Below, piece by piece: positions 8,756 through 18,794 of a stretch of 64,000 nucleotides of DNA (its first letter is position 1; each line of letters begins with the position of its first letter). The DNA comes from a virus: IMG/VR virus record IMGVR_UViG_3300024346_000010. The stretch is one strand, 5' to 3'. The notes beneath the pieces were generated by a model. That model searched no databases, was not told the origin of the DNA, and saw only the letters and a program-made list of their open reading frames with translations. The position numbers were made by a program, and so were the translations under genes.

Positions 8756-9142
8756 GTGAGATATTTTATTATTTTTATGTTAATGGCAACATGCGCATAT
8801 GGTGATTCAAGTTCAATAAGTTTAGGCTTACCTTCAATGCCACAAAACTATCAATCTGATAAGTTTAGGGCCGGAGAACTTGATTGCTCAAATGCTATTG
8901 GGTCAGCAACTAATATGGAATTTGGCGTGACTGGTACTGTTGAACAAGGCGGAGCCTTTGGAAATGATACGCCCGGTGATGTTGGAGTCTATGCCAGAAT
9001 TGTCATACCTCTTGGCAAAAGAGTTAAGAGTAGAATTGATTGTAATAGACTATATGAATTAGAACTAAAAAAGAAACAACTCGAAGTTTTAAAACTCGAA
9101 GCAGAGTTAAAACAACTTAGAGAATTACAATTTGAAAATTAA
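8756..9142 (+). CDS. secreted protein with beta-hairpin and C-terminal coiled coil
   Basis: Signal peptide; GVYARIVIPLG; heptad C-terminus. Confidence 0.65.
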   Translation: MRYFIIFMLMATCAYGDSSSISLGLPSMPQNYQSDKFRAGELDCSNAIGSATNMEFGVTGTVEQGGAFGNDTPGDVGVYARIVIPLGKRVKSRIDCNRLYELELKKKQLEVLKLEAELKQLRELQFEN

Positions 9143-9190
9143 TTATTAAAATAGTGACATATATCATGGAAACCAAACAAAGGGTTAGAC

Positions 9191-9907
9191 ATGACTATAG
9201 ATCGCTCAGCACACTTTGCCCATATGGCAGAGCTTGCGTATAAAGATGGTAAAGAAGCCAAACCTAATTTTAAAAAGTTAGGCTACACCTATCATAAGTT
9301 CATCGACATTGACTGCGCACAGGTACATGTGTGCTGGAACAAAACTGAAATGGTTCTTGCTTTCCGTGGCACAGAACCGGGCGAGTTTTCTGATATTAAA
9401 GCAGATCTCAACGCATTCCCAGACCGAGCCCAAGTTGGTGGTTGGGTACACAACGGATTTCAAACTGAATTAGAAAAAGTATGGCAAGATGTTTTAAAAG
9501 TTATGGGTGACAAACTTGGTTCCCGTAAACTATACATCTGTGGACATTCGTTAGGCGGCGCAATGGCAACTATTGCGGCTTCTCGACTAAATCCACATGC
9601 GTTGTACACATATGGATCACCTAGAGTGGGAACTAAAAAGTTCGTTAAGAATATTACATGCAAGCATTACAGGCATGTTAATAATAATGATATTGTTCCA
9701 AAGGTTCCATTTGCTTTTCTTGGTTATAGACATCATGGAGAGCTTCAATATATTAATTTCTACGGTAACATCCGTAAAATGACATCATGGCAGAGATTCA
9801 AAGACGGTTTCAGAGGACGTCGCGCTGCTTGGAAAAATAAACAACCATTTGATGGCGCCCGTGATCACGGCATGTCCAATTATATAAAATACTTGGAGAA
9901 AGAATAA
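9191..9907 (+). CDS. class 3 lipase (alpha/beta hydrolase)
   Basis: AFRGTE, VHNGF, GHSLGGA nucleophile elbow, YGSPRVG, NDIVPKVP. Confidence 0.93.
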   Translation: MTIDRSAHFAHMAELAYKDGKEAKPNFKKLGYTYHKFIDIDCAQVHVCWNKTEMVLAFRGTEPGEFSDIKADLNAFPDRAQVGGWVHNGFQTELEKVWQDVLKVMGDKLGSRKLYICGHSLGGAMATIAASRLNPHALYTYGSPRVGTKKFVKNITCKHYRHVNNNDIVPKVPFAFLGYRHHGELQYINFYGNIRKMTSWQRFKDGFRGRRAAWKNKQPFDGARDHGMSNYIKYLEKE

Positions 9908-10359
9908 TGCCTAACGAGTATAAAGTAAAAGTTTTAAAGATCGTCGACGGCGACACTGTAGACGTGGATATTGATCTTGGGTTCGGTATCGTGCTCACGG
10001 ACGAGCGCGTACGAATAGTTGGCATCGACACCCCAGAATCACGTACGTCAAATAAAGTTGAGAAGATCTTTGGACTTGTATCAAAGAATAGATTGAAGCA
10101 GCTATTAGAAAAAGAAGCAATCCTAATCACATTCGATGATAAGAATGGTGAAGACATGAAGGGTAAGTTTGGTCGTGTGCTCGGTGACTTTAAATGCGGT
10201 GACACTACTGTATCTAAAGTGCTGATTGAAGAAGGACACGCTGTTCCATATCACGGTCAAAACAAAGCAGATGTTGAAATTGCTCACCTTGCAAACCGTA
10301 ACAGACTAATGCAAGAAGGTGTAGTTGATCCTGCGGAAGTACAGGCGGCTGACAAATGA
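9907..10359 (+). CDS. thermonuclease (SNase-like)
   Basis: IVDGDTVD, RIVGIDTPE, GKFGRVLG. Confidence 0.92.
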   Translation: MPNEYKVKVLKIVDGDTVDVDIDLGFGIVLTDERVRIVGIDTPESRTSNKVEKIFGLVSKNRLKQLLEKEAILITFDDKNGEDMKGKFGRVLGDFKCGDTTVSKVLIEEGHAVPYHGQNKADVEIAHLANRNRLMQEGVVDPAEVQAADK

Positions 10360-10637
10360 TTTGGGATATGGTAGAAAGGATGGCTAGTGACAGATTATGG
10401 ATCTATACAAGCATTGCTGGCAGTATTGCTGGTGCTATGGTATTGGCTTATCTTAGCACTACACGAATCGGGTTATGGGGATATGCTCAATTCGATAGAG
10501 CAGTGGATTATCTCGTGGATCGTTGGGGACTAACTTGGTTAGAACAACCTGAAGATGCATGGAGAAAGAAATACCCAAAGATAACAAAGAAAATAGATGA
10601 ATTGGAGGCAAGAATCAATGAACTGGATAAAAAGTAG
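10356..10637 (+). CDS. small membrane protein
   Basis: One TM segment; coupled ORF. Confidence 0.65.
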   Translation: MIWDMVERMASDRLWIYTSIAGSIAGAMVLAYLSTTRIGLWGYAQFDRAVDYLVDRWGLTWLEQPEDAWRKKYPKITKKIDELEARINELDKK

Positions 10638-10773
10638 ATTAGTAGAAAGAACGTCTCTGGATGGCGTAGTGTTGATCGGATGTGGTATCGCTATGATCCT
10701 AGCACCCCTTAATCTTATCGCGTATGGCATGATCGCATACGGCGCTTGGACACTGTTGAAAGGTGAGAAGTAA
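10618..10773 (+). CDS. 51-aa two-TM membrane protein (holin-like), absent from ORF track
   Basis: SD GGAGG; MNWIKSRLVERTSLDGVVLIGCGIAMILAPLNLIAYGMIAYGAWTLLKGEK. Confidence 0.65.
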   Translation: MNWIKSRLVERTSLDGVVLIGCGIAMILAPLNLIAYGMIAYGAWTLLKGEK

Positions 10774-11117
10774 TGACTGAGGAAACAAAGGTCGCAAAAG
10801 AATATCATCCGGCTGACACCAACGGAGACGGTCATGTGTCTGCTGAAGAAGAAGCAATGTATCTTGAGTTCAAACGAAAGGAACTTGAAGATGCTGATGC
10901 TATGCGTGATGCCCAAAGAAACATGACATGGTTTGCTCTAGGCGGACTATTACTATATCCATTTGCTGTTGTTCTTGCTTACATGGTGGGACTTGACTCG
11001 GCTGGTCAAATATTAGGCAATATGGCAGCAACATACTTTGTTTCGGTTGCTGGTATCGTGGCAGCATTCTTTGGCTCACAAGCATATGCTAAAAGCTCAG
11101 CTTCAAAACCTAAGTAA
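10773..11117 (+). CDS. two-TM membrane protein with EF-hand-like loop (holin-like)
   Basis: DTNGDGHVSAEE; two hydrophobic helices. Confidence 0.65.
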   Translation: MTEETKVAKEYHPADTNGDGHVSAEEEAMYLEFKRKELEDADAMRDAQRNMTWFALGGLLLYPFAVVLAYMVGLDSAGQILGNMAATYFVSVAGIVAAFFGSQAYAKSSASKPK

Positions 11118-11126
11118 GGAAAGAAC

Positions 11127-11681
11127 ATGGCAGAGTTTGAATTTGGCGGAATGACTTTTCGAGGTGGTAAGATGGCGGTTGTACTAACGGCGCTGTCTAC
11201 TGCAGGTGGAGCTTTGTGGGGTGGTTTTGAGTTCTATAAAGACTATGTTGATATGAAAGAAGTCGTACAGAATATCGACATAGATAAAATTAAAGCAGAG
11301 AATGCATTAGTGCAAACAAAACTTGACGGAGCAATTGACTATACTCGCGATATTAAAGATGGCTTGCGTGATGATTTACTTAAGCTTGAACAAGCAGTAG
11401 ATCGCATGGAAGATAAAGTAGACGAATCTGAAAATCGCGTTAAAGATGCCCAAGATAATATTGAACAAACGCTTGAAGGTATTCGCACTGAAATGAATCA
11501 GGTACAAAAAGATGTAACAGCATCTATACGAGAAGTAGAAAAGACTATTAGAGAGTCAGAAAAAGATGTTCGTGACACAATGCGTGAGACGGAAACTCGT
11601 ATAGATACTGATATGAGACAGCTTGATAAAGATATAAAAGAAGTCTTACAGGAAGCATTAGATAACCCATTGAACAATTAA
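11127..11681 (+). CDS. membrane-anchored coiled-coil (apolipoprotein-like) protein
   Basis: N-terminal TM, then roughly 11-mer amphipathic helical repeats. Confidence 0.65.
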   Translation: MAEFEFGGMTFRGGKMAVVLTALSTAGGALWGGFEFYKDYVDMKEVVQNIDIDKIKAENALVQTKLDGAIDYTRDIKDGLRDDLLKLEQAVDRMEDKVDESENRVKDAQDNIEQTLEGIRTEMNQVQKDVTASIREVEKTIRESEKDVRDTMRETETRIDTDMRQLDKDIKEVLQEALDNPLNN

Positions 11682-11745
11682 CTGTTTACAAATGGGTATA
11701 TAGTGGTATAATATAAAAGATTCTTTTATCAATGGGTAGTATACT

Positions 11746-13107
11746 ATGAGAATTTTGGGTGTTAGTGAAGGTTTCCATGATGCAGGTGTTGCATTAGTGG
11801 ATAAAGGTGAGATCTTATATGCTGGTCATTCTGAGCGGTATTCTAAGATTAAGAATGACCCTAGGATTCATCCTGATCAGTATTTTGATCATGATCTATA
11901 CGCATATTATGAAAAGAATTGGCTTAAGAATACTCGAAGAGTTCTATTCGGACAAGAAGCCATAAAATCATATAAATGTGATTGGTGCTTTGATATGTGT
12001 AAAAAGAAAACATTCTATCACCATCAGTCACATGCTGCAGCTGGATTCCATACATCTCCGTTTGATAAAGCTAATGTATTAGTTATTGATTCCATTGGAG
12101 AATGGGATACAATTTCTGTATGGGAAGCTTGGACGGATCATTATAATCACGCGCAGATGAGAAAGATCAAAAGCTGGAAGTATCCGTACTCTCTTGGTCT
12201 ATTTTATTCTGCGGTCACACAACGTGTCGGATTAAAACCTAATGAAGACGAATATATTCTTATGGGCATGGCTGCGTATGGCGAACCTATCTATGATATG
12301 TCTGAACTACTACATCGCAATAATCATAAAGGCATTGGCGACTATTTGCCGAATGCAAAGAACGAAGACCTAGCTGCATCAGCCCAAGCTACGTTTGAAA
12401 AAGAATTACTTAAGATCATTGATAAGTACTGTAAACATCCTAACTTAGTGTATATGGGTGGATGCGCGCTTAACTGTGCAGCTAACAGTAAGATTAAAGG
12501 TAAGAACATTTGGATTATGCCAAACCCAGGTGATGCTGGTTCATCACTCGGTGCTGCAGCATTAGCTCTTGGTAAGAAATTGAAATGGAAAAATCCGTAT
12601 CTTGGATACAATATCAAACGTAACATCAATTCTAAAGAGGTTGCTCAACATATTGTTGATAATTCTTATTGCGGGGTTGCTAATGGCCGTGCTGAGTTTG
12701 GCCCTCGCGCCCTTGGCAATCGTAGCTTGCTTGCTGACCCTCGAAGAGATATTAAAGACACTGTTAACCAGATTAAGCGCCGACAACTCTTTCGACCCTT
12801 TGCACCTGCAATCTTGGAAGAATTTGCTTCTGAATATTTCGAAGGACCGATGAACGAATATATGCAGTTTGTAGCACAAGCAAAGCATGACTATAGTTCA
12901 GTTACTCATGTTGATGGCAGCGCAAGGGTTCAGGTTGTAAAGAAAGATTGTGGATCTGTTATTCGTCCTATTATTGAAGAGTTTTATGAATTGACTGGTG
13001 TTCCTATGCTACTTAATACAAGTCTAAATATCAAAGGCAAACCTATGGTCAATGATGAAGCTGATGGCATAGAATTTCAAAGAAAATATAATGTAAAAGT
13101 ATTTTGA
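11746..13107 (+). CDS. NodU/CmcH-family carbamoyltransferase
   Basis: HDAGVAL, SERYS, HHQSHAA, GGCALNC, EFGPRALGNRS, RPFAP, LNTSLN. Confidence 0.95.
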   Translation: MRILGVSEGFHDAGVALVDKGEILYAGHSERYSKIKNDPRIHPDQYFDHDLYAYYEKNWLKNTRRVLFGQEAIKSYKCDWCFDMCKKKTFYHHQSHAAAGFHTSPFDKANVLVIDSIGEWDTISVWEAWTDHYNHAQMRKIKSWKYPYSLGLFYSAVTQRVGLKPNEDEYILMGMAAYGEPIYDMSELLHRNNHKGIGDYLPNAKNEDLAASAQATFEKELLKIIDKYCKHPNLVYMGGCALNCAANSKIKGKNIWIMPNPGDAGSSLGAAALALGKKLKWKNPYLGYNIKRNINSKEVAQHIVDNSYCGVANGRAEFGPRALGNRSLLADPRRDIKDTVNQIKRRQLFRPFAPAILEEFASEYFEGPMNEYMQFVAQAKHDYSSVTHVDGSARVQVVKKDCGSVIRPIIEEFYELTGVPMLLNTSLNIKGKPMVNDEADGIEFQRKYNVKVF

Positions 13108-13128
13108 TGAAAAGATACGAGAAAAATA

Positions 13129-13935
13129 ATGGCTAAAAAAATATTACTTGCGTCGGGTTGTTCATATACTGATACGCATTATAGATCAAACGACCCCACA
13201 ATCAAAAGAGATTGGGAAATGTGGCCAGAGCTTATGGCAAAAGAATTGGGTTTAGAATGCGTGAATAAAGGCCAGTCCGGCGCCGGCGCGGATCATATAT
13301 TCGATACAATTTTAGAAGGATTAAGTACATACGGCGATAGGGTCGATACTGTAGCTATTTTATGGTCTACTTCTGATAGACTTCCATTTTTTAATTTTAC
13401 GCTTAATCCTATTGTAGAGTGTAACACCATCAATGGAAACTACGATCCATTCCCGTGGATGGACGACATTGGGGTTGGTAAAATAAGCCAAAAATATTTT
13501 AAAAGTGATCATTTTTTAAGCACTAAGGCCTATAAATCTATGATTCTCAATCCAATTAGAAAAATGTTTGCTATTATGGAAATATGTGAAAAACGTAATA
13601 TCAAATTTGTTATGTTCGGAGGTTTAATATATTTTGATTATTTTTCAATTAATAAACAGGTTGAAAATCAACAGTTGCCTGAAAAGTGTGCAATATCACC
13701 AGCAGAAGTGGTTAAAATTTTAACTAACAATTCCATATTTTCCGAAGTCGACAAAAGGAAAAAACACTTTATCGGTTGGCCAATGATGAAAGAAATCGGT
13801 GGATATTCATTTGATGATATGAGATATAATAAAGAAGAATATTATATTTCTATTCGTGATAGACACCCTAATGCTGCTGGACAAATATTAATTTCAAAAG
13901 AATTTATTAAGAGATATAAGGATCTTTATTTATGA
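13129..13935 (+). CDS. SGNH-hydrolase-like protein
   Basis: GCSYT block and C-terminal DRHPN. Confidence 0.55.
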   Translation: MAKKILLASGCSYTDTHYRSNDPTIKRDWEMWPELMAKELGLECVNKGQSGAGADHIFDTILEGLSTYGDRVDTVAILWSTSDRLPFFNFTLNPIVECNTINGNYDPFPWMDDIGVGKISQKYFKSDHFLSTKAYKSMILNPIRKMFAIMEICEKRNIKFVMFGGLIYFDYFSINKQVENQQLPEKCAISPAEVVKILTNNSIFSEVDKRKKHFIGWPMMKEIGGYSFDDMRYNKEEYYISIRDRHPNAAGQILISKEFIKRYKDLYL

Positions 13936-14747
13936 AAAAAGATATACTGCTGGTATCAGGGTGTTCTTATACTGATCCAAACTTTGTTAGTTATGACAAA
14001 TCTTTGCCTGATGAAAAAGCTAAAGGTTGGAAGATGTGGCCCGAAATTATTGCAGATCGGCATAATTTATCCGTCATTAATAAAGCTATTAGTGGTATAG
14101 GTAATAAGCAAATATTCGATTCTATAGTAGACGAGCTTCATGTTAATAAAAATGTTAAAAAAGTTGTGGTAGTCTGGAGTGGTTGGGATAGATTTCAGAC
14201 AATGGCCCACATACAACATTTTCCCTTAGCTTCTGCTGTAGATCTTTTACGTGATGATCATTCCATGTATAAAGAAATTTATCAGTATGAAGTAGACTAT
14301 AGAGATTTTTTCTATAATCCAAAATATACTATAGATTTATGGGTAAAAAGCGTAGTTAATGATACATTTAGGTATATGTTTTTGCTGGCAAATATATTAA
14401 AAGATAAAAAAATACCATACGCGTTTTATCAAGGTGTTGCCGGATTTCCTATAGGACTTCTCACTAATTTGGATTTTTTACCTAATATAAAAAATCCGAT
14501 TAATTACAAACTAGATAGCTTTTTTTCAGATATTATGCTTAATCCATATTTCAAAGATATTAAAAATAATAAAAATATTATAGGATTCCCATTCCATAAG
14601 ATGATCGGTGGATTTAACTTGGATCATATATTAGGGGATGGCGACGATGTTAGGATATCAAAATCAGACCGCCATCCTAACGCACTTGGTCAAATTGGGT
14701 TTGCAAATTATATAGAAAGCAATTGCAATGGTTTATTTGATAAGTAG
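13932..14747 (+). CDS. SGNH-hydrolase-like protein (paralog of previous)
   Basis: GCSYTD, MWPE and DRHPNA shared with 13129 ORF. Confidence 0.55.
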   Translation: MKKDILLVSGCSYTDPNFVSYDKSLPDEKAKGWKMWPEIIADRHNLSVINKAISGIGNKQIFDSIVDELHVNKNVKKVVVVWSGWDRFQTMAHIQHFPLASAVDLLRDDHSMYKEIYQYEVDYRDFFYNPKYTIDLWVKSVVNDTFRYMFLLANILKDKKIPYAFYQGVAGFPIGLLTNLDFLPNIKNPINYKLDSFFSDIMLNPYFKDIKNNKNIIGFPFHKMIGGFNLDHILGDGDDVRISKSDRHPNALGQIGFANYIESNCNGLFDK

Positions 14748-15363
14748 TTTTATTTGGTGGTTCTTTTTATCTTCAGCGGTAATTTCAGCTGGATATCATA
14801 GATACTTTTCGCACAGATCGTTTAAAGCTCCTGTCTGGTATGAATATCTAGTTCTTTCTTTAGGGCCATTATCAGGCTCTGGCTCGGTACTTGGTTGGGT
14901 TGGTGTACATAGGCTGCATCATAATCACTCGGATACTGAAAAAGACCCTCACTCGCCCAAGTATCAACCCGTTTGGAGAGTATTGACTTCTACGTTTAAA
15001 GTTCCGGCTATTCGTCCAAGACACGTAACTGACTTACTCAAAAACAAACGAGTAATGTGGTTTCATAAAAATCATAGAGATATTCGTTTCTGCACATTCT
15101 TATTTGGCCTCACCTTTCTGCCATTTGAATGGTTTCTAGTGTTATTAATTGCACCTATGGTTTATGGTTATATAGGATTTGGATTGCTAAATACATTGTG
15201 CCACCGACATGAAAATGTTTCTAATTCTTGGATAGCTAACATTTTGACTGGCGGTGAAGGATGGCACGCTAATCATCATGCAAAGCCAATGGATTGGCAA
15301 ATTGGAAAGAGGTGGTACGAATGGGACCCAGCGGCTTGGTTTATTCGATTGATCCGAAAGTAA
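14728..15363 (+). CDS. delta-9 fatty acid (acyl-CoA/acyl-lipid) desaturase
   Basis: His boxes HRYFSH, HRLHH..SDT..DPHSP, GEGWHANHH. Confidence 0.93.
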   Translation: MVYLISSFIWWFFLSSAVISAGYHRYFSHRSFKAPVWYEYLVLSLGPLSGSGSVLGWVGVHRLHHNHSDTEKDPHSPKYQPVWRVLTSTFKVPAIRPRHVTDLLKNKRVMWFHKNHRDIRFCTFLFGLTFLPFEWFLVLLIAPMVYGYIGFGLLNTLCHRHENVSNSWIANILTGGEGWHANHHAKPMDWQIGKRWYEWDPAAWFIRLIRK

Positions 15364-15926
15364 TAACACTTAAGGAATACGGAGAAGATAACTTTATAAA
15401 AGAGTTAGCTCGTTTAAAGAACGAGTCTTACATATATGATAAGAAAAACTCTGATTGGTTCGATAACCTTCCAAATACTTATAAAGATAATAAGTTTTTA
15501 GATTGGTTTTTCTTATATGATGAAGATAGACCCGTTGCATTTGCTACTATTCAAAAATACTACGAAGGTTGCTATAGGATCTGCACTAGAACTTATATTT
15601 ACAGGGATTATCGCAGATTCACTCATCCTAAAAACGATATGGTATTTAGCCCATCACAGCACCTAGCACTTGCTCAAATGGATTATCTTAAACAATGGGA
15701 TACAGTTTTTGTCTCTATGCAAGGATTAAAGAGAAAAAACAGTATACAAAGGTTCAAAAACAAGATAGAATATAGGAGTGGCTTAAGATGGGTTGTGCCT
15801 GATGGTATGTTCCAAACATGTGAACCGGTTTGCGATCCGGATTGTTATCAAAATATAGTATATAATGGTAAGCAGCCAAAGCTGAGTAAAATGGAAATTG
15901 AAACGTATAGGATTTTACATGGATAA
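15294..15926 (+). CDS. hypothetical protein (possible GNAT-like fold)
   Basis: ORF track; start possibly 15321. Confidence 0.5.
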   Translation: MANWKEVVRMGPSGLVYSIDPKVITLKEYGEDNFIKELARLKNESYIYDKKNSDWFDNLPNTYKDNKFLDWFFLYDEDRPVAFATIQKYYEGCYRICTRTYIYRDYRRFTHPKNDMVFSPSQHLALAQMDYLKQWDTVFVSMQGLKRKNSIQRFKNKIEYRSGLRWVVPDGMFQTCEPVCDPDCYQNIVYNGKQPKLSKMEIETYRILHG

Positions 15927-16563
15927 GAAATACCTCATCGAAACTACCAAAAGAATGAGGGTAGGTGGAACTGGGCCAAAACGTCACCAACTCAAATTCT
16001 TTGAGAAGCTCGGTAAAGTTCCTCAGTTCATGGTCGATGAACTTAACGAAATTCTAGATGCAGAACCCCAAAACGATATCGGTGGGGATGTATATGGAAT
16101 TAGTCAAGCTATCGACTATAAGCAAGTTTTTGATACGAGCGGATATCGTCAGCTGTTAGTTCAAACAAAACCTCCTGAAGAGATTGGAGTCGATGTTGAT
16201 GAATATCGTTATACATATTGGACTAAAGAAGTAAAAGCTAAACAATTTCTAGAATCATATTTCACAAACATTTATCGTTTCAGAATGAGTGAAATGAGTA
16301 ATGCGCATCAACTAAATTGGCATATCGATAGCTGTACAAGCTATATGTGTAGAGCCCAAATTTGCTTGAATGAAAACGATTCAGTATTTGAGTTTAGAGG
16401 ACGAGATGGAACTATTCATAGTTTTCAAATGGAAATAGGCGATCTTTGGTTTATTAATACCGGTTGGAACCATCGCGTAGTGACCGGTGAAATTCCACGT
16501 AGAGTAGCTATTTTTGGTTATCATTTTGATAACGTAATCGATCAAAGCAAATTTTATATCTGA
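15919..16563 (+). CDS. Asp/Asn beta-hydroxylase-like 2OG-Fe(II) oxygenase
   Basis: WHID...GDLWFINTGWNHRV...R. Confidence 0.75.
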   Translation: MDKKYLIETTKRMRVGGTGPKRHQLKFFEKLGKVPQFMVDELNEILDAEPQNDIGGDVYGISQAIDYKQVFDTSGYRQLLVQTKPPEEIGVDVDEYRYTYWTKEVKAKQFLESYFTNIYRFRMSEMSNAHQLNWHIDSCTSYMCRAQICLNENDSVFEFRGRDGTIHSFQMEIGDLWFINTGWNHRVVTGEIPRRVAIFGYHFDNVIDQSKFYI

Positions 16564-16573
16564 GGAATATATT

Positions 16574-16708
16574 ATGACAACTAAAGACGCTATCGAATTG
16601 ATCTATGAATCTGTTTCTAAAAAATATGGAATTTCAGTTAATGAAGTAAAACGTCGAGCCGTGTCTGGTGATAGACTTGTAAGTAATTTTAGCGAAGGCA
16701 AACATTAA
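16574..16708 (+). CDS. 44-aa hypothetical protein, absent from ORF track
   Basis: SD GAGG; stop overlaps the next ATG. Confidence 0.5.
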   Translation: MTTKDAIELIYESVSKKYGISVNEVKRRAVSGDRLVSNFSEGKH

Positions 16709-17550
16709 TGAATAAGCTAACTAAGATTGCAATTATTGGTTATGGGTTTGTAGGTAAAGCTGTAGAGTTTGGGTTTAAAAACACATCTAACGATATTATG
16801 ATCGTGGATCCTTATAAAGGCTTTCACGATATGGATGATTTGGAAGCATATGTCCCAGATGTTACTTTTGTATGTGTGCCTACCCCAATGGGGAATGATT
16901 CCTCCGGGATTGATGCCAACATCATTAGGGAAGTAATTCTAAAGCTTGAACAATTTCCAAGTGGTATGGTAGTAATTAAATCGACTATTACGCCTGATCT
17001 GGCTGAAGAGTTTACCAGATATAAGCGTTTTGTATATAACCCAGAATTTTTGACTGAACGTAATTCCTATGATGAGTTTTTGAATCCTGAATTCCATATT
17101 CTGGGTGGAGATATTGAAGTATGTAAGAAAGTTGAAAACCTTTATAATTATAACTCAAATTGTAATCCCGCTAAAGCATATTTCATGACACCTGCAGAAG
17201 CAAGTCTCGTAAAATATGGCATTAACTCATTTCTAGCTTCTAAAGTTGTATGGTTCAATCAATGGAAAGATATGGTAGAATCAATCGGTGGAAGATACAA
17301 TGTAGTGGCTAGTGCTATAGCTAAAGACCCGCGGATTGGCCCTTCACATACTAAAGTACCTGGATTTGATGGGAAAAAAGGTTACGGTGGAAGTTGTTTC
17401 CCAAAAGACACATATGCAATCTGGGATTTTGGGTTTGATAACCTCAGCATTTTAGGTGAAGTCATCAGGGCAAACAACCAATATAGAAGTCATTATGAAC
17501 TGGATGATCGTGAAAAAGAACAAAATATTTTTTACAAAAAGCACATTTAA
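16708..17550 (+). CDS. ugd: UDP-glucose/GDP-mannose 6-dehydrogenase family
   Basis: GYGFVG, CVPTP, KSTI, NPEFL, GYGGSCFPKD. Confidence 0.92.
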   Translation: MNKLTKIAIIGYGFVGKAVEFGFKNTSNDIMIVDPYKGFHDMDDLEAYVPDVTFVCVPTPMGNDSSGIDANIIREVILKLEQFPSGMVVIKSTITPDLAEEFTRYKRFVYNPEFLTERNSYDEFLNPEFHILGGDIEVCKKVENLYNYNSNCNPAKAYFMTPAEASLVKYGINSFLASKVVWFNQWKDMVESIGGRYNVVASAIAKDPRIGPSHTKVPGFDGKKGYGGSCFPKDTYAIWDFGFDNLSILGEVIRANNQYRSHYELDDREKEQNIFYKKHI

Positions 17551-17608
17551 CTGTTTACAAATGATTTCATATGGCGTATTGTAATCATATGAAATGGAGA
17601 CAAACACT

Positions 17609-17767
17609 ATGAACATGTACACTCGTCAAATCGCAGAACTTCTTAAGATTGACCTTGAAACTGCTGCAAAAGTTCAGTACGAAATGGAATGCTGGGGTTT
17701 GGACTTTTCGGAATGCTCCAAGCGTGAATTCAATATGGTGGCACGTGAGTGCTTCGAACTGGTATAA
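17609..17767 (+). CDS. 52-aa early hypothetical protein, absent from ORF track
   Basis: Follows TTTACA promoter and GGAG SD; MNMYTRQIAELLKID... Confidence 0.65.
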   Translation: MNMYTRQIAELLKIDLETAAKVQYEMECWGLDFSECSKREFNMVARECFELV

Positions 17768-17779
17768 GGAGAATATATT

Positions 17780-18751
17780 ATGGCACATGAACTTGAATTT
17801 GTTGACGGTAAAGCTCAAATGGCTTATGTTGGTGATGTACCTTGGCACGGTCTTGGTACTTTGGTTTCGAATGATCTGACTCCAGGTCAGATGATGAAAG
17901 CTGCCGGTGTTGACTGGCGCGTTCAGGAAGTTGAGTCTTTCATCGAGTATAATGGTGAAAAGCGTAAAACTGGTCAGAAGTCGCTTGTGCGTGAAACTGA
18001 CGGTAAAATCCTGACCAACGTCGGTGAAAACTGGAACCCTGTTCAAAATGAACAAGCTTTTGAATTTTTCAATGAGTACGTTCTTGCGGGTGATATGGAA
18101 ATGCATACCGCAGGATCGCTTAAAGGCGGTAACTATGTTTGGGCTCTTGCTAAAGTAAAAGAATCATTTGACCTCTTTGGTGGAGATCAAGTTGACTCAT
18201 ATATGCTTTTTAGCAATCCACATGTTTATGGCAAGTCAATCGATATCCGTTTTACGCCAATTCGAGTAGTATGCAACAATACTCTGACATTTGCTCTTAA
18301 CTCACAAGCACAACGTGCCGTAAAAGTTGGTCACCGCACTGCGTTTGATGCTGATACTGTCAAGGCTACTATGGGTATTGCTCATGAGAAATTTGCTAAG
18401 TACAAAGAACTGGCTCAGTTCCTCGGACAAAAGCGATTTTCTGTTGACTCTCTGATGCAGTATTACAATGAAGTGTTCCCACTTACATCTGGTCAAACAA
18501 AGCAAGAGGAAGTAAACGCTGATACTATCTCTCGCATGGCAAAGCAGGCATATAGCGTTCTCGAAACACAGCCAGGTGCAGAGTTTGCCGAAGGTTCATG
18601 GTGGCAAGCATTTAACTCGGTTACATATGTAACTGATCACCTTCAAGGTCGTAATGCTGATAACCGCCTCCATAGCCAGTGGTTTGGGTCTAACCAACTC
18701 CGCAAAATCAAAGCTGCAGAAAAGGCTGTAGAATACGCTCTAGCGGCTTAA
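17780..18751 (+). CDS. DUF932-family protein
   Basis: PWHGLG, VQNEQAF.F, TPIRVVCNNTL. Confidence 0.9.
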   Translation: MAHELEFVDGKAQMAYVGDVPWHGLGTLVSNDLTPGQMMKAAGVDWRVQEVESFIEYNGEKRKTGQKSLVRETDGKILTNVGENWNPVQNEQAFEFFNEYVLAGDMEMHTAGSLKGGNYVWALAKVKESFDLFGGDQVDSYMLFSNPHVYGKSIDIRFTPIRVVCNNTLTFALNSQAQRAVKVGHRTAFDADTVKATMGIAHEKFAKYKELAQFLGQKRFSVDSLMQYYNEVFPLTSGQTKQEEVNADTISRMAKQAYSVLETQPGAEFAEGSWWQAFNSVTYVTDHLQGRNADNRLHSQWFGSNQLRKIKAAEKAVEYALAA

Positions 18752-18757
18752 AACTTA

Positions 18758-18794
18758 GAGGGGAGTTTACAGCTCCCCTCCTTTATGATACTAT
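18758..18794 (+). promoter_or_regulatory. early sigma70-type promoter with -35 in a hairpin loop
   Basis: GAGGGGAG-TTTACA-G-CTCCCCTC; TTTACA-N17-TACTAT with TGn. Confidence 0.8.
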
